From: Polyangia bacterium
GTDB taxonomy: Bacteria; Myxococcota_A; Polyangia; Fen-1088
Length of the DNA: 64,000 nt
Assembly (NCBI GenBank): GCA_035578045.1
Contig: DATJWP010000136.1
Coordinates: 3,975-67,974 of the forward strand
Direction: 5' to 3'
A program made the position numbers and the translations under genes. The notes beneath the pieces were generated by a model, which made no database searches, was not told the DNA's origin, and saw only the letters and a list, made by a program, of their open reading frames with translations. Shown in pieces: positions 36,750-45,286 of the stretch (positions within the stretch are counted from its first letter, which is position 1; each line of letters opens with the position of its first letter).

Positions 36750-38513
36750 ATGGACACCGAGACCGGGCCGCTGCCGGCAGCGCCGACAGGTTTCTGGCGG
36801 CGGTACGTCTTCTCGACCGATCACAAGGTGATCGGCCGCCAGTTCCTGTTCCTGGGACTGGGGTTCCTGGCGGTGGGCGGCATCATGGCGATGCTGATCC
36901 GCTGGCAGCTCGCCCGCCCGGGCGACCCGGTGCCGGTCGTGGGCCGGCTGTTCTTCCACAGCGCCGGCGGCGTGATCTCGCCGCCGGCCTACACGGCGCT
37001 GTTCACGATGCACGGCACGATCATGATCTTCTTCGCCGTCACGCCGATCCTGATCGGCGGCTTCGGCAACTTCCTGCTGCCGCTCTTGATCGGGGCGCGC
37101 GACATGGCGTTCCCGCGGCTCAACATGGCGTCGTACTGGACCATGGCGGCCGCGACGGGCGTGCTCTGCGCGTCGTTCTTCGTGCCGCTGGGCCCACCGC
37201 AGGCAGGCTGGACGGCCTACGCGACGCTGTCGACGGCGCTGGGCGCGCCCGGCGTCGGGCAGACGCTGTGGGTGATCGCCATCTACCTGAACGGCGCCTC
37301 CTCGGTGATGGGGGCGGTCAACTACATCACGACCGTGCTGCGCCTCCGCGCGCCCGGGATGACCTACCTGCGCCTGCCGCTGACGGTCTGGGGACTGTTC
37401 CTGACGTCGATCCTGAACGCGCTCTTCGTCCCGGTCCTGGGCGCCGCGATGGTGCTGTTGCTGTTCGACCGGCTGTTCGGGACGCAGTTCTTCACGGCCG
37501 GCACGACGCCGGGCGCGGGCGGCGATCCGATCCTGTACCAGCACCTGTTCTGGCTGTTCGGCCACCCCGAGGTCTACATCCTGATCCTGCCCGCCTGGGG
37601 GATCGTCGGCGACCTGCTGTCGTTCTTCGCCCGCAAGCCGGCCTTCGGGTACCGCGTGACGGTCGGCGCGCTGGTCGGGGTGGTGGTGCTGTCGGCGGTG
37701 GTCTACGGCCACCACATGTTCACCACCGGTCTGTCGCCGCTGCTGGGCGAGAGCTTCATGGTGCTGACCATGATCATCTCGGTGCCGACGGCGCTGCTGG
37801 TGCTGAACTGGCTGGGCACCCTCTGGCGCGGCGCGATCCGCTTCAGCGTGCCGATGCTGTTCTGCCTGGGGATGGTGTTCACGTTCGGGGTGGGCGGGCT
37901 GACCGGGCTCTACCTGGCCGACGTGGTCGCCGACATGTACCTGCACGACACCTACTTCGTCGTCGGGCACTTCCACCTGATCATGGCGGCGGCGCTGCTG
38001 CTGTCGCTGTTCGCGGCCGTCTACTTCTGGTACCCGAAGATGTTCGGGCGGATGCTCGGCGAGCGCCTGGGGCGCTGGCACTTCTGGCTGACCTTCGTGC
38101 CGCTGAACCTGGTCTTCATGGGCCAGCTGGTGATCGGCCTCGAGGGGATGCAGCGGCGGCTCTACGATCCGTCGGTCTACGAGGCCTGGCGGCGGCTGGC
38201 GCCGCTGAACCGGAGCATCTCTCACGCCGCCTACCTGCTGGGGGCGGCGCAGCTGCTGTTCGTCTGGAACTTCTTCGTCAGCCTGCGGCGCGGCCGGACG
38301 GCGCCCGCCAACCCGTGGGAGGTGGGGACGCTCGAGTGGTCGGTCCCCTCCCCGCCACCGCATCACAACTTCGACACGATCCCCGTGGTGGTGCGCGGGC
38401 CCCACGAGCTGGCCGACCCGGCGGCCCGGCCGCTGGGTCGCGACTGGCTGAGCCAGACCGAGGTGCTGGACGAGCCAGCGCCCGGGCTGCCCGTCCCCCG
38501 GGGCCGGTCATGA
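36750..38513 (+). CDS. coxA: Cytochrome c oxidase subunit I
   Basis: STDHKVIGRQFLFLG, ALFTMHGTIMIFF, LFWLFGHPEVYILILP, GHHMFTTG and VVGHFHLIMAAA. The start was moved to ATG 36750 within track ORF 36336..38513. Confidence 0.95.
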   Translation: MDTETGPLPAAPTGFWRRYVFSTDHKVIGRQFLFLGLGFLAVGGIMAMLIRWQLARPGDPVPVVGRLFFHSAGGVISPPAYTALFTMHGTIMIFFAVTPILIGGFGNFLLPLLIGARDMAFPRLNMASYWTMAAATGVLCASFFVPLGPPQAGWTAYATLSTALGAPGVGQTLWVIAIYLNGASSVMGAVNYITTVLRLRAPGMTYLRLPLTVWGLFLTSILNALFVPVLGAAMVLLLFDRLFGTQFFTAGTTPGAGGDPILYQHLFWLFGHPEVYILILPAWGIVGDLLSFFARKPAFGYRVTVGALVGVVVLSAVVYGHHMFTTGLSPLLGESFMVLTMIISVPTALLVLNWLGTLWRGAIRFSVPMLFCLGMVFTFGVGGLTGLYLADVVADMYLHDTYFVVGHFHLIMAAALLLSLFAAVYFWYPKMFGRMLGERLGRWHFWLTFVPLNLVFMGQLVIGLEGMQRRLYDPSVYEAWRRLAPLNRSISHAAYLLGAAQLLFVWNFFVSLRRGRTAPANPWEVGTLEWSVPSPPPHHNFDTIPVVVRGPHELADPAARPLGRDWLSQTEVLDEPAPGLPVPRGRS

Positions 38514-39004
38514 GCACCGCCGCGGTTCGCCGCGAAACCGACAGCGCCGTCGGCCTGCTGGTGTTCATGGGCGCGACGGCCATGCTGTTCGCGGCCCTGC
38601 TGCTGGCGTACGCGATCCTGCGGGCGCAGGCGCCGGCCTGGCCGCCGCCCGGCGCGCCCCCCTTCCCGCGAGCCGCGGCCGGGCTGAACACGCTGCTGCT
38701 GGTGGCGGCCAGCCTTGCGCTGCGGCGGTGGCGCGCCGCCGCTGCCGCCCTGGGTGTCGGGTTCCTGGCCGGGCAGGTGGTGCTCTGGCGTCACCTGATC
38801 GCGATCGGGCTGGGCCCCGCGGGCGGTCATGCCGCGCTGCTGGGCCAGATCTTCCTGGCCCTCTCGGCTCTGCACGCCCTGCACGTGGCCGGTGGCCTGG
38901 TGGCGCTGGCCCTCGGCGGCGGAAAGCTGCGCCTCATCGCGATGTACTGGGACTTCGTCCTGGTGGTCTGGGTGGTGCTCTACGCGGCGGTCTGCTGGGT
39001 ATGA
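38510..39004 (+). CDS. Short cytochrome c oxidase subunit III-like protein
   Basis: The ATG overlaps the coxA stop (ATGA). It has 4-5 TM helices. ALHALHVAGGLV and MYWDFVLVVWVVLY resemble the C-terminal half of subunit III. Confidence 0.75.
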   Translation: MSTAAVRRETDSAVGLLVFMGATAMLFAALLLAYAILRAQAPAWPPPGAPPFPRAAAGLNTLLLVAASLALRRWRAAAAALGVGFLAGQVVLWRHLIAIGLGPAGGHAALLGQIFLALSALHALHVAGGLVALALGGGKLRLIAMYWDFVLVVWVVLYAAVCWV

Positions 39005-39846
39005 GGCGGCTGCTGCTGGCTTGCGCGGTCCTGGCCGGGGCCTGCCGCCCCGCCGGAGGCCCCCCGCCCTTCACCGGGCCGGTCACGCTGGGCGGGCGGG
39101 TGGTGCCGGCGGCGGCGCTGGAGCGCGGGCGGAACGTCTACACGCAGTACTGCCGCCCCTGCCACGGCGACAGCGGAGACGGCAAAGGGACCGCCGCCGT
39201 CGGACTGGTTCCGCCCCCGCGCGACCTGCGCCTGGGGGTCTACAAGTTCGCCGCCGTCTCGGCGGGACAGCTGCCGCGCGACGCCGACCTTGCCCGCACG
39301 ATCCGCCAGGGGCTGCAGGGCACCGCCATGCAAGCCTGGCAGGTGCCCGGCGCCCAGCTGGACGACCTCATCCAGTACGTGAAGTCTTTCTCGCCACGCT
39401 GGCGATCCGAAACGCCCGGCGACGAGATCGCTCCCTCGCCGGATCCCTGGGTCGGGCGGGATTCGGAGGCGCAAGCCCGCGGGACCCGCGTCTACCACGG
39501 CCTGGCCCAGTGCGCGGTCGCCTGCCATCCCGCTTACGTCACGCCCGCCGAGATCGTGGCGTTCACCAAGGAGCTGACCGGCATGGAGCTGCACGAGATC
39601 CGCGCCGACATCACCCGGCCGGTCGCCAAGGACAGCGACTACGGGTTCAAGATCCTGCCGCCCGACTTCAAGTTCAACCCGCTGCGCGGGGGCGACACGC
39701 CGGCGGACATCTACCGCGCGATCGCCTCCGGCATCGGCGGGACGGCGATGCCGACCTGGAAGAACGTGCTGCCCGAGAGCGACCTGTGGGCGCTGGCCCA
39801 CTACGTCCGGTCGCTGGCCGCCGCGCGGGACCGACCGGTGAACTGA
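39001..39846 (+). CDS. Dihaem c-type cytochrome lipoprotein
   Basis: The ATG overlaps the upstream stop (ATGA). Signal and lipobox LLLACAVLAGAC. Two CxxCH sites: CRPCH and CAVACH. Confidence 0.85.
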   Translation: MRRLLLACAVLAGACRPAGGPPPFTGPVTLGGRVVPAAALERGRNVYTQYCRPCHGDSGDGKGTAAVGLVPPPRDLRLGVYKFAAVSAGQLPRDADLARTIRQGLQGTAMQAWQVPGAQLDDLIQYVKSFSPRWRSETPGDEIAPSPDPWVGRDSEAQARGTRVYHGLAQCAVACHPAYVTPAEIVAFTKELTGMELHEIRADITRPVAKDSDYGFKILPPDFKFNPLRGGDTPADIYRAIASGIGGTAMPTWKNVLPESDLWALAHYVRSLAAARDRPVN

Positions 39847-40055
39847 GGCCGGCGGGTGACCCGGCGGATGGCGATCGCCACCGCGAAGAAGATCGCGGGC
39901 GGCACCAGCAGGAACAGACCGACCAGCCGCAGGGCCGTCCCCAGCGTCGAGGCTTGACCCAGGCAGCTCGCGCACAGCGCCGACGCGCTCCGGGGCGCCG
40001 CGACCGCGGCCACGAAGGCGGCCACGAAGGCGGCCAGCCCGATCGGCCGCCTCAT
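39801..40055 (-). CDS. Small (84 aa) membrane protein with CxxC motif, unknown function
   Basis: MRRPIGLAAFVAAFVAAVAAPRSASALCASCLGQ...LRLVGLFLLVPPAIFFAVAIAI. There is a 4-nt overlap with the upstream subunit IV gene. Its 3' end overlaps the convergent cytochrome c gene by 46 nt, so the call is tentative. Confidence 0.45.
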   Translation of the reverse strand: MRRPIGLAAFVAAFVAAVAAPRSASALCASCLGQASTLGTALRLVGLFLLVPPAIFFAVAIAIRRVTRRPQFTGRSRAAASDRT

Positions 40056-40348
40056 CGCACGCCCGTCCGGTAGACGGACTCGAGCATCAGGACGATCGTG
40101 AACCCGACCGCCAGCAACAGCGCGATCAGGGCCAGGCGCGGCGCCGACCGCCGCCACGACGCGCGCAGGGAGAACACCAGAAGGATCCCGGCCTTGGCCA
40201 GCAGCAGGCCGGTCAGGGCCGTCACGCGCGGGCGATCGCCCACGCCGGAGCTCGCCACCACGATCTCCGCGGCCGTCAGGATCGCCAGGACCGCGAAGGC
40301 GCCCAGGCTGGGTGCGCGCGAGGGTCTTTCGGTCGCGCCGACCGTCAT
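40052..40348 (-). CDS. Prokaryotic cytochrome oxidase subunit IV-like small membrane protein
   Basis: 98 aa with three TM helices (FAVLAILTAAEIVV, LTGLLLAKAGILLVF, LIALLLAVGFTIVLM). It lies directly after a subunit III gene, like CyoD/CtaF-type subunits. Confidence 0.65.
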   Translation of the reverse strand: MTVGATERPSRAPSLGAFAVLAILTAAEIVVASSGVGDRPRVTALTGLLLAKAGILLVFSLRASWRRSAPRLALIALLLAVGFTIVLMLESVYRTGVR

Positions 40349-40923
40349 CGCGACGGCACCAGGTAGAGGAACGTGAAGATCGGCGTCCAGGCCAGATCGA
40401 CGAACTGCCAGTAGAGCGACCCGACCTCGACCGAGCGCCGGGGAGCGCCCCTGGCCGCAGCCGCCATCAACCAGACCAGGCCGGCCGCGACGTGGAGGCC
40501 GTGATAGCCGGTCAGCAGGTAGAACGTCGCGCCGTATGGGTCGCTCAGCCGTACGGGCACGGCGGCCCTCCAGAGGCGCGCGTACTCGCCGATCTCGCCG
40601 CCCAGGAAAGCGGAGCCCAGCGCCAGCGTCGCCGCCAGCCAGGCGGTGCGGGCGCGGGGGGTGGCGGCGCGGCTGGCCTCGGCCACCGTGAACGCCGAGG
40701 CGAGCAGCGCGAACGTCATCGCCGCCGCGCCGACCAGGCTCAGATGACCCCGCGGGTCGGGCCAGCTTGGCGCCCTGGCGCGCAGGAACCCGTACGCGAC
40801 GAACAGGCCGCCGAAGCCCATCGCGTCGGTGGCCAGGAACGCCCACATGCCGGATGGCCCGGTCCGCGACCGGGTCTCGGTCTCTGCGCTGGCCAGCGTC
40901 TCCACGGAAGCCATGGATAGCAC
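40345..40923 (-). CDS. Haem-copper oxidase subunit III family protein (second copy)
   Basis: WAFLATDAMGFGGLFVAYGFL, FYLLTGYHGLHVAAGLVWL and LYWQFVDLAWTPIFTFLYLV are subunit III/CyoC/NorE-type motifs. Confidence 0.85.
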   Translation of the reverse strand: MLSMASVETLASAETETRSRTGPSGMWAFLATDAMGFGGLFVAYGFLRARAPSWPDPRGHLSLVGAAAMTFALLASAFTVAEASRAATPRARTAWLAATLALGSAFLGGEIGEYARLWRAAVPVRLSDPYGATFYLLTGYHGLHVAAGLVWLMAAAARGAPRRSVEVGSLYWQFVDLAWTPIFTFLYLVPSR

Positions 40924-40936
40924 AGCCGGCCCGTGG

Positions 40937-41236
40937 TCACTCGACGCAGCGGTGCGCGACCTGCTCCGGGTTCTGCGCGGCGCGCAGGCAGCCCGCCAGG
41001 TCGTTGCGCACGCGGATCGCGCGGCAGCGGCGCAGATCGCCCTCGAAGCGTCGCGCGAGCTCCGCCTGCCAGCGGGGGACCAGCGCCGGATCGTGAAAAC
41101 CCGACTCGGCCAGCTCCATCTCGACCAGGCGGTTCAGGATCGCGCGGCAGTCGTCCTGCGTGGCAACGTGGCGGTGGCACCCGCCGGCGCCCACCGCCAG
41201 CACGGCCACCAGGATCATCTGCCGCGCGCGCCTCAT
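40937..41236 (-). CDS. Small Cys-rich lipoprotein, unknown function
   Basis: The lipobox is AVGAGGC, with the mature end CHRH, and there are four further Cys. It has a 4-nt overlap with tonB upstream and a 13-nt gap to the subunit III gene downstream. Confidence 0.55.
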   Translation of the reverse strand: MRRARQMILVAVLAVGAGGCHRHVATQDDCRAILNRLVEMELAESGFHDPALVPRWQAELARRFEGDLRRCRAIRVRNDLAGCLRAAQNPEQVAHRCVE

Positions 41237-42048
41237 CGGTAAAAGTGCACCCGGATGGGCGGCGACATCGCGGCCACGGGCGCGCCCGTCGCGTCCAGGG
41301 CCGGGGTGAAGGCGCGCGAGGCCAGCGCGCAGTCCCGGGCCTCGCGCCCGAACCCGAACCCGGGGTCCTGGAGCACGTCGACGCGGTCGACCCGCCCGTC
41401 GGCGCGGACCGCCACGCGCAGGACCACCGTCTCTTGATCCACCTGGCGCGCGTCGGCCTCGGCGGGCCAGGGGCAGTTCCAGGCCGCCTGGTCGATCGAG
41501 ACCGCCCGCGCCTTGCTCCGGGCGGCCAGCCCGTCGCCGTGGGCGTTGGGCGCCACGGCGCCGGTCACGGGCGCGCGGCTGGTCCCCTGCGCCGTCGTCG
41601 TCCCCCCCGCGTAGGTCGAACCGGAGCCGACCACGAAGGCCGACCCCGTGAAATCCAGGGGCGCCGGCGTGGCCGCGGCGATCTGGCCCGCCTGGGCTGG
41701 CGCCGCGGGCGCGTGGTGGGCGACGGCAGCCCGGGCGCGCTGGTGCACGACCGGCTGGGGGGCCTTGGCCGCGGTCTCGGGCGCGGGCGGCGGCGGTGGA
41801 GGCGGCGGGGGAAGCTTGACGTCGACCGAGCGCTCGGCGGCGATCGCGTCGTGGATCCGCGCCGCCAGCTCGGCGGCGAACGACGCGCCCGAGCCGCCGA
41901 CGGCCTGCGCGATCAGAACGGCCCCGACGTAGATGGCCACGACCACCGCCGCCCCGACGGCCAGCCGCTGCACCCGGCCCCCCGGCTCGCCCGCGAACAC
42001 CAGGTCCACGATGCGCTCGGGCTCGGGGCTGTTTCGATCGACGGCCAT
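41233..42048 (-). CDS. tonB: Energy transducer TonB
   Basis: N-terminal TM helix LAVGAAVVVAIYVGAVLIA, a poly-Pro rod LPPPPPPPPPAPE, and a C-terminal TonB-C domain (VVLRVAVRADGRVDRVDVLQDPGFGFGREARDCAL...F.PA). Confidence 0.85.
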   Translation of the reverse strand: MAVDRNSPEPERIVDLVFAGEPGGRVQRLAVGAAVVVAIYVGAVLIAQAVGGSGASFAAELAARIHDAIAAERSVDVKLPPPPPPPPPAPETAAKAPQPVVHQRARAAVAHHAPAAPAQAGQIAAATPAPLDFTGSAFVVGSGSTYAGGTTTAQGTSRAPVTGAVAPNAHGDGLAARSKARAVSIDQAAWNCPWPAEADARQVDQETVVLRVAVRADGRVDRVDVLQDPGFGFGREARDCALASRAFTPALDATGAPVAAMSPPIRVHFYR

Positions 42049-42049
42049 G

Positions 42050-42481
42050 CTAGGGGGCCGCGCGTGCCGCGGGCTGATCGGGCAGCGCGCCGAACGCCAC
42101 GCGCGTGATCCCCACGCCCTTCAGCAGGTCCAGCAGGTGCAGCACCTGGCGGTGCGGCACGTCGCCGTCGGCCTGGATCACGGCGCGCAGGTCCGAGTTC
42201 CCCGCCATGGCGGCCCGGGCCTTGGCCTCGAAGGTGGCGTCGTCCGGGATGGGCGCGCCGTTGACCAGCGTCGGCCCGCGCACCGGCAGGATGATGGACA
42301 GGACGACCTGCACCTCCTCGCCGTGGGCCGCATGGGGCAGGTCCAGGGGCACCGCGGGCGTCACGATGATCTTGGCGGTCACCACGAAGATCACCAGCAA
42401 CACCAGCATCACGTCGACCAGCGGCGTGACGTTGATGCCGGCGATGATGCCGCCGTTGTCGTTGTTACCGGTCGACGCCAC
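42050..42481 (-). CDS. exbD: Biopolymer transport protein ExbD/TolR
   Basis: GTG 42481 is preceded by AGGAGG. INVTPLVDVMLVLLVIFVV is the ExbD signature. It is the real 3' part of track ORF 42050..43123. Confidence 0.9.
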   Translation of the reverse strand: MASTGNNDNGGIIAGINVTPLVDVMLVLLVIFVVTAKIIVTPAVPLDLPHAAHGEEVQVVLSIILPVRGPTLVNGAPIPDDATFEAKARAAMAGNSDLRAVIQADGDVPHRQVLHLLDLLKGVGITRVAFGALPDQPAARAAP

Positions 42482-43154
42482 CGCGCACCTCCTTGCGCTC
42501 GTCGGCCACGTAAGCGAGCACCAGGTTGGACAGCACGTCCGTCCCCGAGAGCATCGAGACCACCCGTCGCTGCAGGAAGTTGTAGGCCGCCACGGCGGGC
42601 AGCGCGACCGCGATTCCGACCGCGGTCGCCACCAGCGCCTCCGCGATCCCGGCCATGACTGCCTGCGAGGCCACCTGTCCGGTCTCGGTCGCGCCGTGCC
42701 CCGGCGCCGCGTGCCCCAGCTCCTCGAAGGCATGGATGACGCCGACCACCGTGCCGAACAGACCGATGAAGGGCGCGTTGTTGCCGATGGTCGCCAGAAA
42801 CGCCAGCCCGCGCTCGAGCCTGCCGCGCTCCAGCGCGGCAGCGCTCTCCATCGCTTTGCCGGCGGCCTCGACGCCACGGTCAGCCAGCCGGAGGCCGGCG
42901 TCGGCCACGCGGGCCGCCACCGCCGGGCTGGCTTCGAGCAGCTTGCGCGCGTCTGCGAAGCCGCCGGTGCGCAGGCGCTCGTCCAGCCCGCGCGCCAGCG
43001 TCTCGAGGTCGCCGCCCCGCCGGCGCAGGTACAGCCAGCGCTCGGCGGCCAGCGCCAGGCTGGACACCGAGAGCAGGCCCAGCAGCCAGAGCACCCACCC
43101 GGCGCCCGACGCCAGCAGCACATCCTTGACCGATTGCATCGCGCTCATGGGCAC
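42465..43154 (-). CDS. exbB: MotA/TolQ/ExbB proton-channel protein
   Basis: Three TM helices and LATIGNNAPFIGLFGTVVGVIHAF. Confidence 0.9.
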   Translation of the reverse strand: MPMSAMQSVKDVLLASGAGWVLWLLGLLSVSSLALAAERWLYLRRRGGDLETLARGLDERLRTGGFADARKLLEASPAVAARVADAGLRLADRGVEAAGKAMESAAALERGRLERGLAFLATIGNNAPFIGLFGTVVGVIHAFEELGHAAPGHGATETGQVASQAVMAGIAEALVATAVGIAVALPAVAAYNFLQRRVVSMLSGTDVLSNLVLAYVADERKEVRGGVDR

Positions 43155-44498
43155 CTATTGCGGCGAGGGGTAGTGTCGCACCACATAGCAGAGTCCGTCG
43201 GAGTTGAGGTGTCCCTGCGTGCTCTGGTCGTAGGTCGAAAAGTCGTAGTAATCGCGAAGCCCGCTGCAGGGGTCTCCGCCCGGCGCGTGCGGCACGCTCT
43301 GGGCGTCGAACGCCATGGGCCCCACGAACTGGGTATGGACGCTGATGTCCGGGGTCGTGCAGTAGCGCCAGCTCAGGTGGTTCCCCAGCGCGTCCGTGAC
43401 CTGCGTGTAGTCCACGCCCTTGGCGGTCTCGAGGTCGACCTCCGGAAACGTCACCGCGGTCCCGGCCGGACCCATCCCGGCGACGCGCGCAGCGAACTGG
43501 TCGAAGTGCGCCGGGGTGTCGTGCAGGACGCTGTCCCAAAAGGGGTGGTCGGTGTGGATGGTCACCTGCGCGATCACATAGGCATGACTCTGGAAGTAAA
43601 TGCCGCGGGGCGACTCCTCACCGGACAGCGGTTCGCCGCTGTTGTCCGGGTTCTGGCAGTTCAGGTAGCTGGTGGGCGACTTGAAGCAGAGCCGGAACGG
43701 CACCGTGTCGCCCAGCTGAGGCCAGCCGTGCCCCGGTCCATAGACATTTGGATCGCACGTCTGGTTGGGGTCGGTGGCCGTCGGGCAGGTGCAGCTGCTG
43801 CCGTTGAAGGTGGCCGTCCCCACGTAGAGCACCGTGCACCCATCGTTGACCATCCGGCCGTAGTCGGCCAGGCCGGCAGAGTCGATGTTGACGTTCATCG
43901 CCGAGGTCGTCGCCGGGACGACGTCGAACCCGAACGCGTACGGCGTGGTGCCGCTGGTGTCGAACGCGGCGCTGTTCCCGGCCGGATAGTTCTGGTGCGA
44001 GAGCGCCGCGATCGGCACCGCTTCTTCCCCTGCACCGCCCTTGCCGGGCAGATAGCTGGGGTCGCTGTGGGAGAGATCGATGGCCCAGGGTCCGGTCACC
44101 TTGGCAACGGTCGGCTCCGTGCACGACTGATCGCCCGGAGAAACGTTCGGTCCGTCCGAGAGCGTCAGGTTGTCGACCGTCACCAGGAGGCGCGTGAACG
44201 AAACGCTCCATCCGTCGACGAAGGCCGCCGCGCCCGAGCCAGTCGGTGGAAACGGGTAGCCCGTCAGCGCCAGGACCTCGCCGGACGCCGCGAACAGAAT
44301 GCCCCCGGCGCCCGGATCGTTCGGCGGCGGCGTGAACGCCGCCAGCTGGGCGGCGCCGCCGTCCGGAACGCCCCCCTCGGGCGCCGGCGCGGTCTCGCAG
44401 GCCTGGCCTCCGGCGCAGGTCACCACCAGGGACTGCTTGCTGGAGCAGGACGCCAGCCCGCAGACCAGGCACCCGATCGTTACGCTCACTCTCCTCAT
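43155..44498 (-). CDS. Lipoprotein (447 aa), unknown function, TonB-operon member
   Basis: ATG 44498 with GGAGGA upstream. Lipobox CGLASC. It is Cys-rich (at least 12 Cys) with no motif I recognise. Confidence 0.7.
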   Translation of the reverse strand: MRRVSVTIGCLVCGLASCSSKQSLVVTCAGGQACETAPAPEGGVPDGGAAQLAAFTPPPNDPGAGGILFAASGEVLALTGYPFPPTGSGAAAFVDGWSVSFTRLLVTVDNLTLSDGPNVSPGDQSCTEPTVAKVTGPWAIDLSHSDPSYLPGKGGAGEEAVPIAALSHQNYPAGNSAAFDTSGTTPYAFGFDVVPATTSAMNVNIDSAGLADYGRMVNDGCTVLYVGTATFNGSSCTCPTATDPNQTCDPNVYGPGHGWPQLGDTVPFRLCFKSPTSYLNCQNPDNSGEPLSGEESPRGIYFQSHAYVIAQVTIHTDHPFWDSVLHDTPAHFDQFAARVAGMGPAGTAVTFPEVDLETAKGVDYTQVTDALGNHLSWRYCTTPDISVHTQFVGPMAFDAQSVPHAPGGDPCSGLRDYYDFSTYDQSTQGHLNSDGLCYVVRHYPSPQ

Positions 44499-45286
44499 GG
44501 ACTGTCCTCCCAAGAAAACGCGTAGGGCGCCACCGAACGCAGGTTCCCGTACAGGTTCTGCCCCGTCGGGGCGTACCCCGGCGCGCTCGGGTCGTCGCTG
44601 AACACAAAGCCGCCGGTGGTCGAATCCATGGGCAGCTGACTGAAGTCGACGTCGACGAAGAACAGGCGCGGGTCGATCCGCAACAGCAGCAGCCCGGTCT
44701 GCTCGATCATGATGGCCTGGCGGATCGGCGACACGATCCGCTGCTTGCAGATCGAATCACCTCCTCCCGTGACGGCGCCGGAAGGCGCGTGATTGGGGCC
44801 GATGGTGACGACGCCGGCGAACGGGAACGTGCCGCCCGCGCCGGTGGCCGTCCCGGCGATGGTCAGGATCGGCGTCGTGTCGCTGGGATCGTTGATGTCA
44901 CCGCCGGTCAGCCACACTTGCTCGACCAGCGCGGGTGGCTGGGTCACGCCCAGCGCCGTCGCCGGGAAGGCCTGCGGCGTCGGGTCGAGCAGGTTCACGT
45001 CGAGGGGCGACGTCTCCTGAGCGACGTAGGTCCCGGTCAAGTAGCACTCGGTCGCTTGCGCGCCCGAGACGGGCGCCGCCTGGTTCAAGTACACGGCCCC
45101 GACGTGCAGCGTGGCCTGGGTGAGCGTGACGTCGAACCCGTCGCTCGAGAACGCCAGCGGGCCGCCCGTGGCGTCCGCGGGGCCGGCGGCCGCGACCGGG
45201 AAGGTGAATGTCTGCCCGCCCGTGTTCCCCACGCAGCCCATCAACCCCAGACCGGTCACGCCGGCGATGAATGCCATGAACCGCAT
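44495..45286 (-). CDS. Lipoprotein (263 aa), unknown function, TonB-operon member
   Basis: ATG 45286 with GGAGG upstream. Lipobox GLMGC. It is the real 3' part of track ORF 44495..46927. Confidence 0.7.
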   Translation of the reverse strand: MRFMAFIAGVTGLGLMGCVGNTGGQTFTFPVAAAGPADATGGPLAFSSDGFDVTLTQATLHVGAVYLNQAAPVSGAQATECYLTGTYVAQETSPLDVNLLDPTPQAFPATALGVTQPPALVEQVWLTGGDINDPSDTTPILTIAGTATGAGGTFPFAGVVTIGPNHAPSGAVTGGGDSICKQRIVSPIRQAIMIEQTGLLLLRIDPRLFFVDVDFSQLPMDSTTGGFVFSDDPSAPGYAPTGQNLYGNLRSVAPYAFSWEDSP

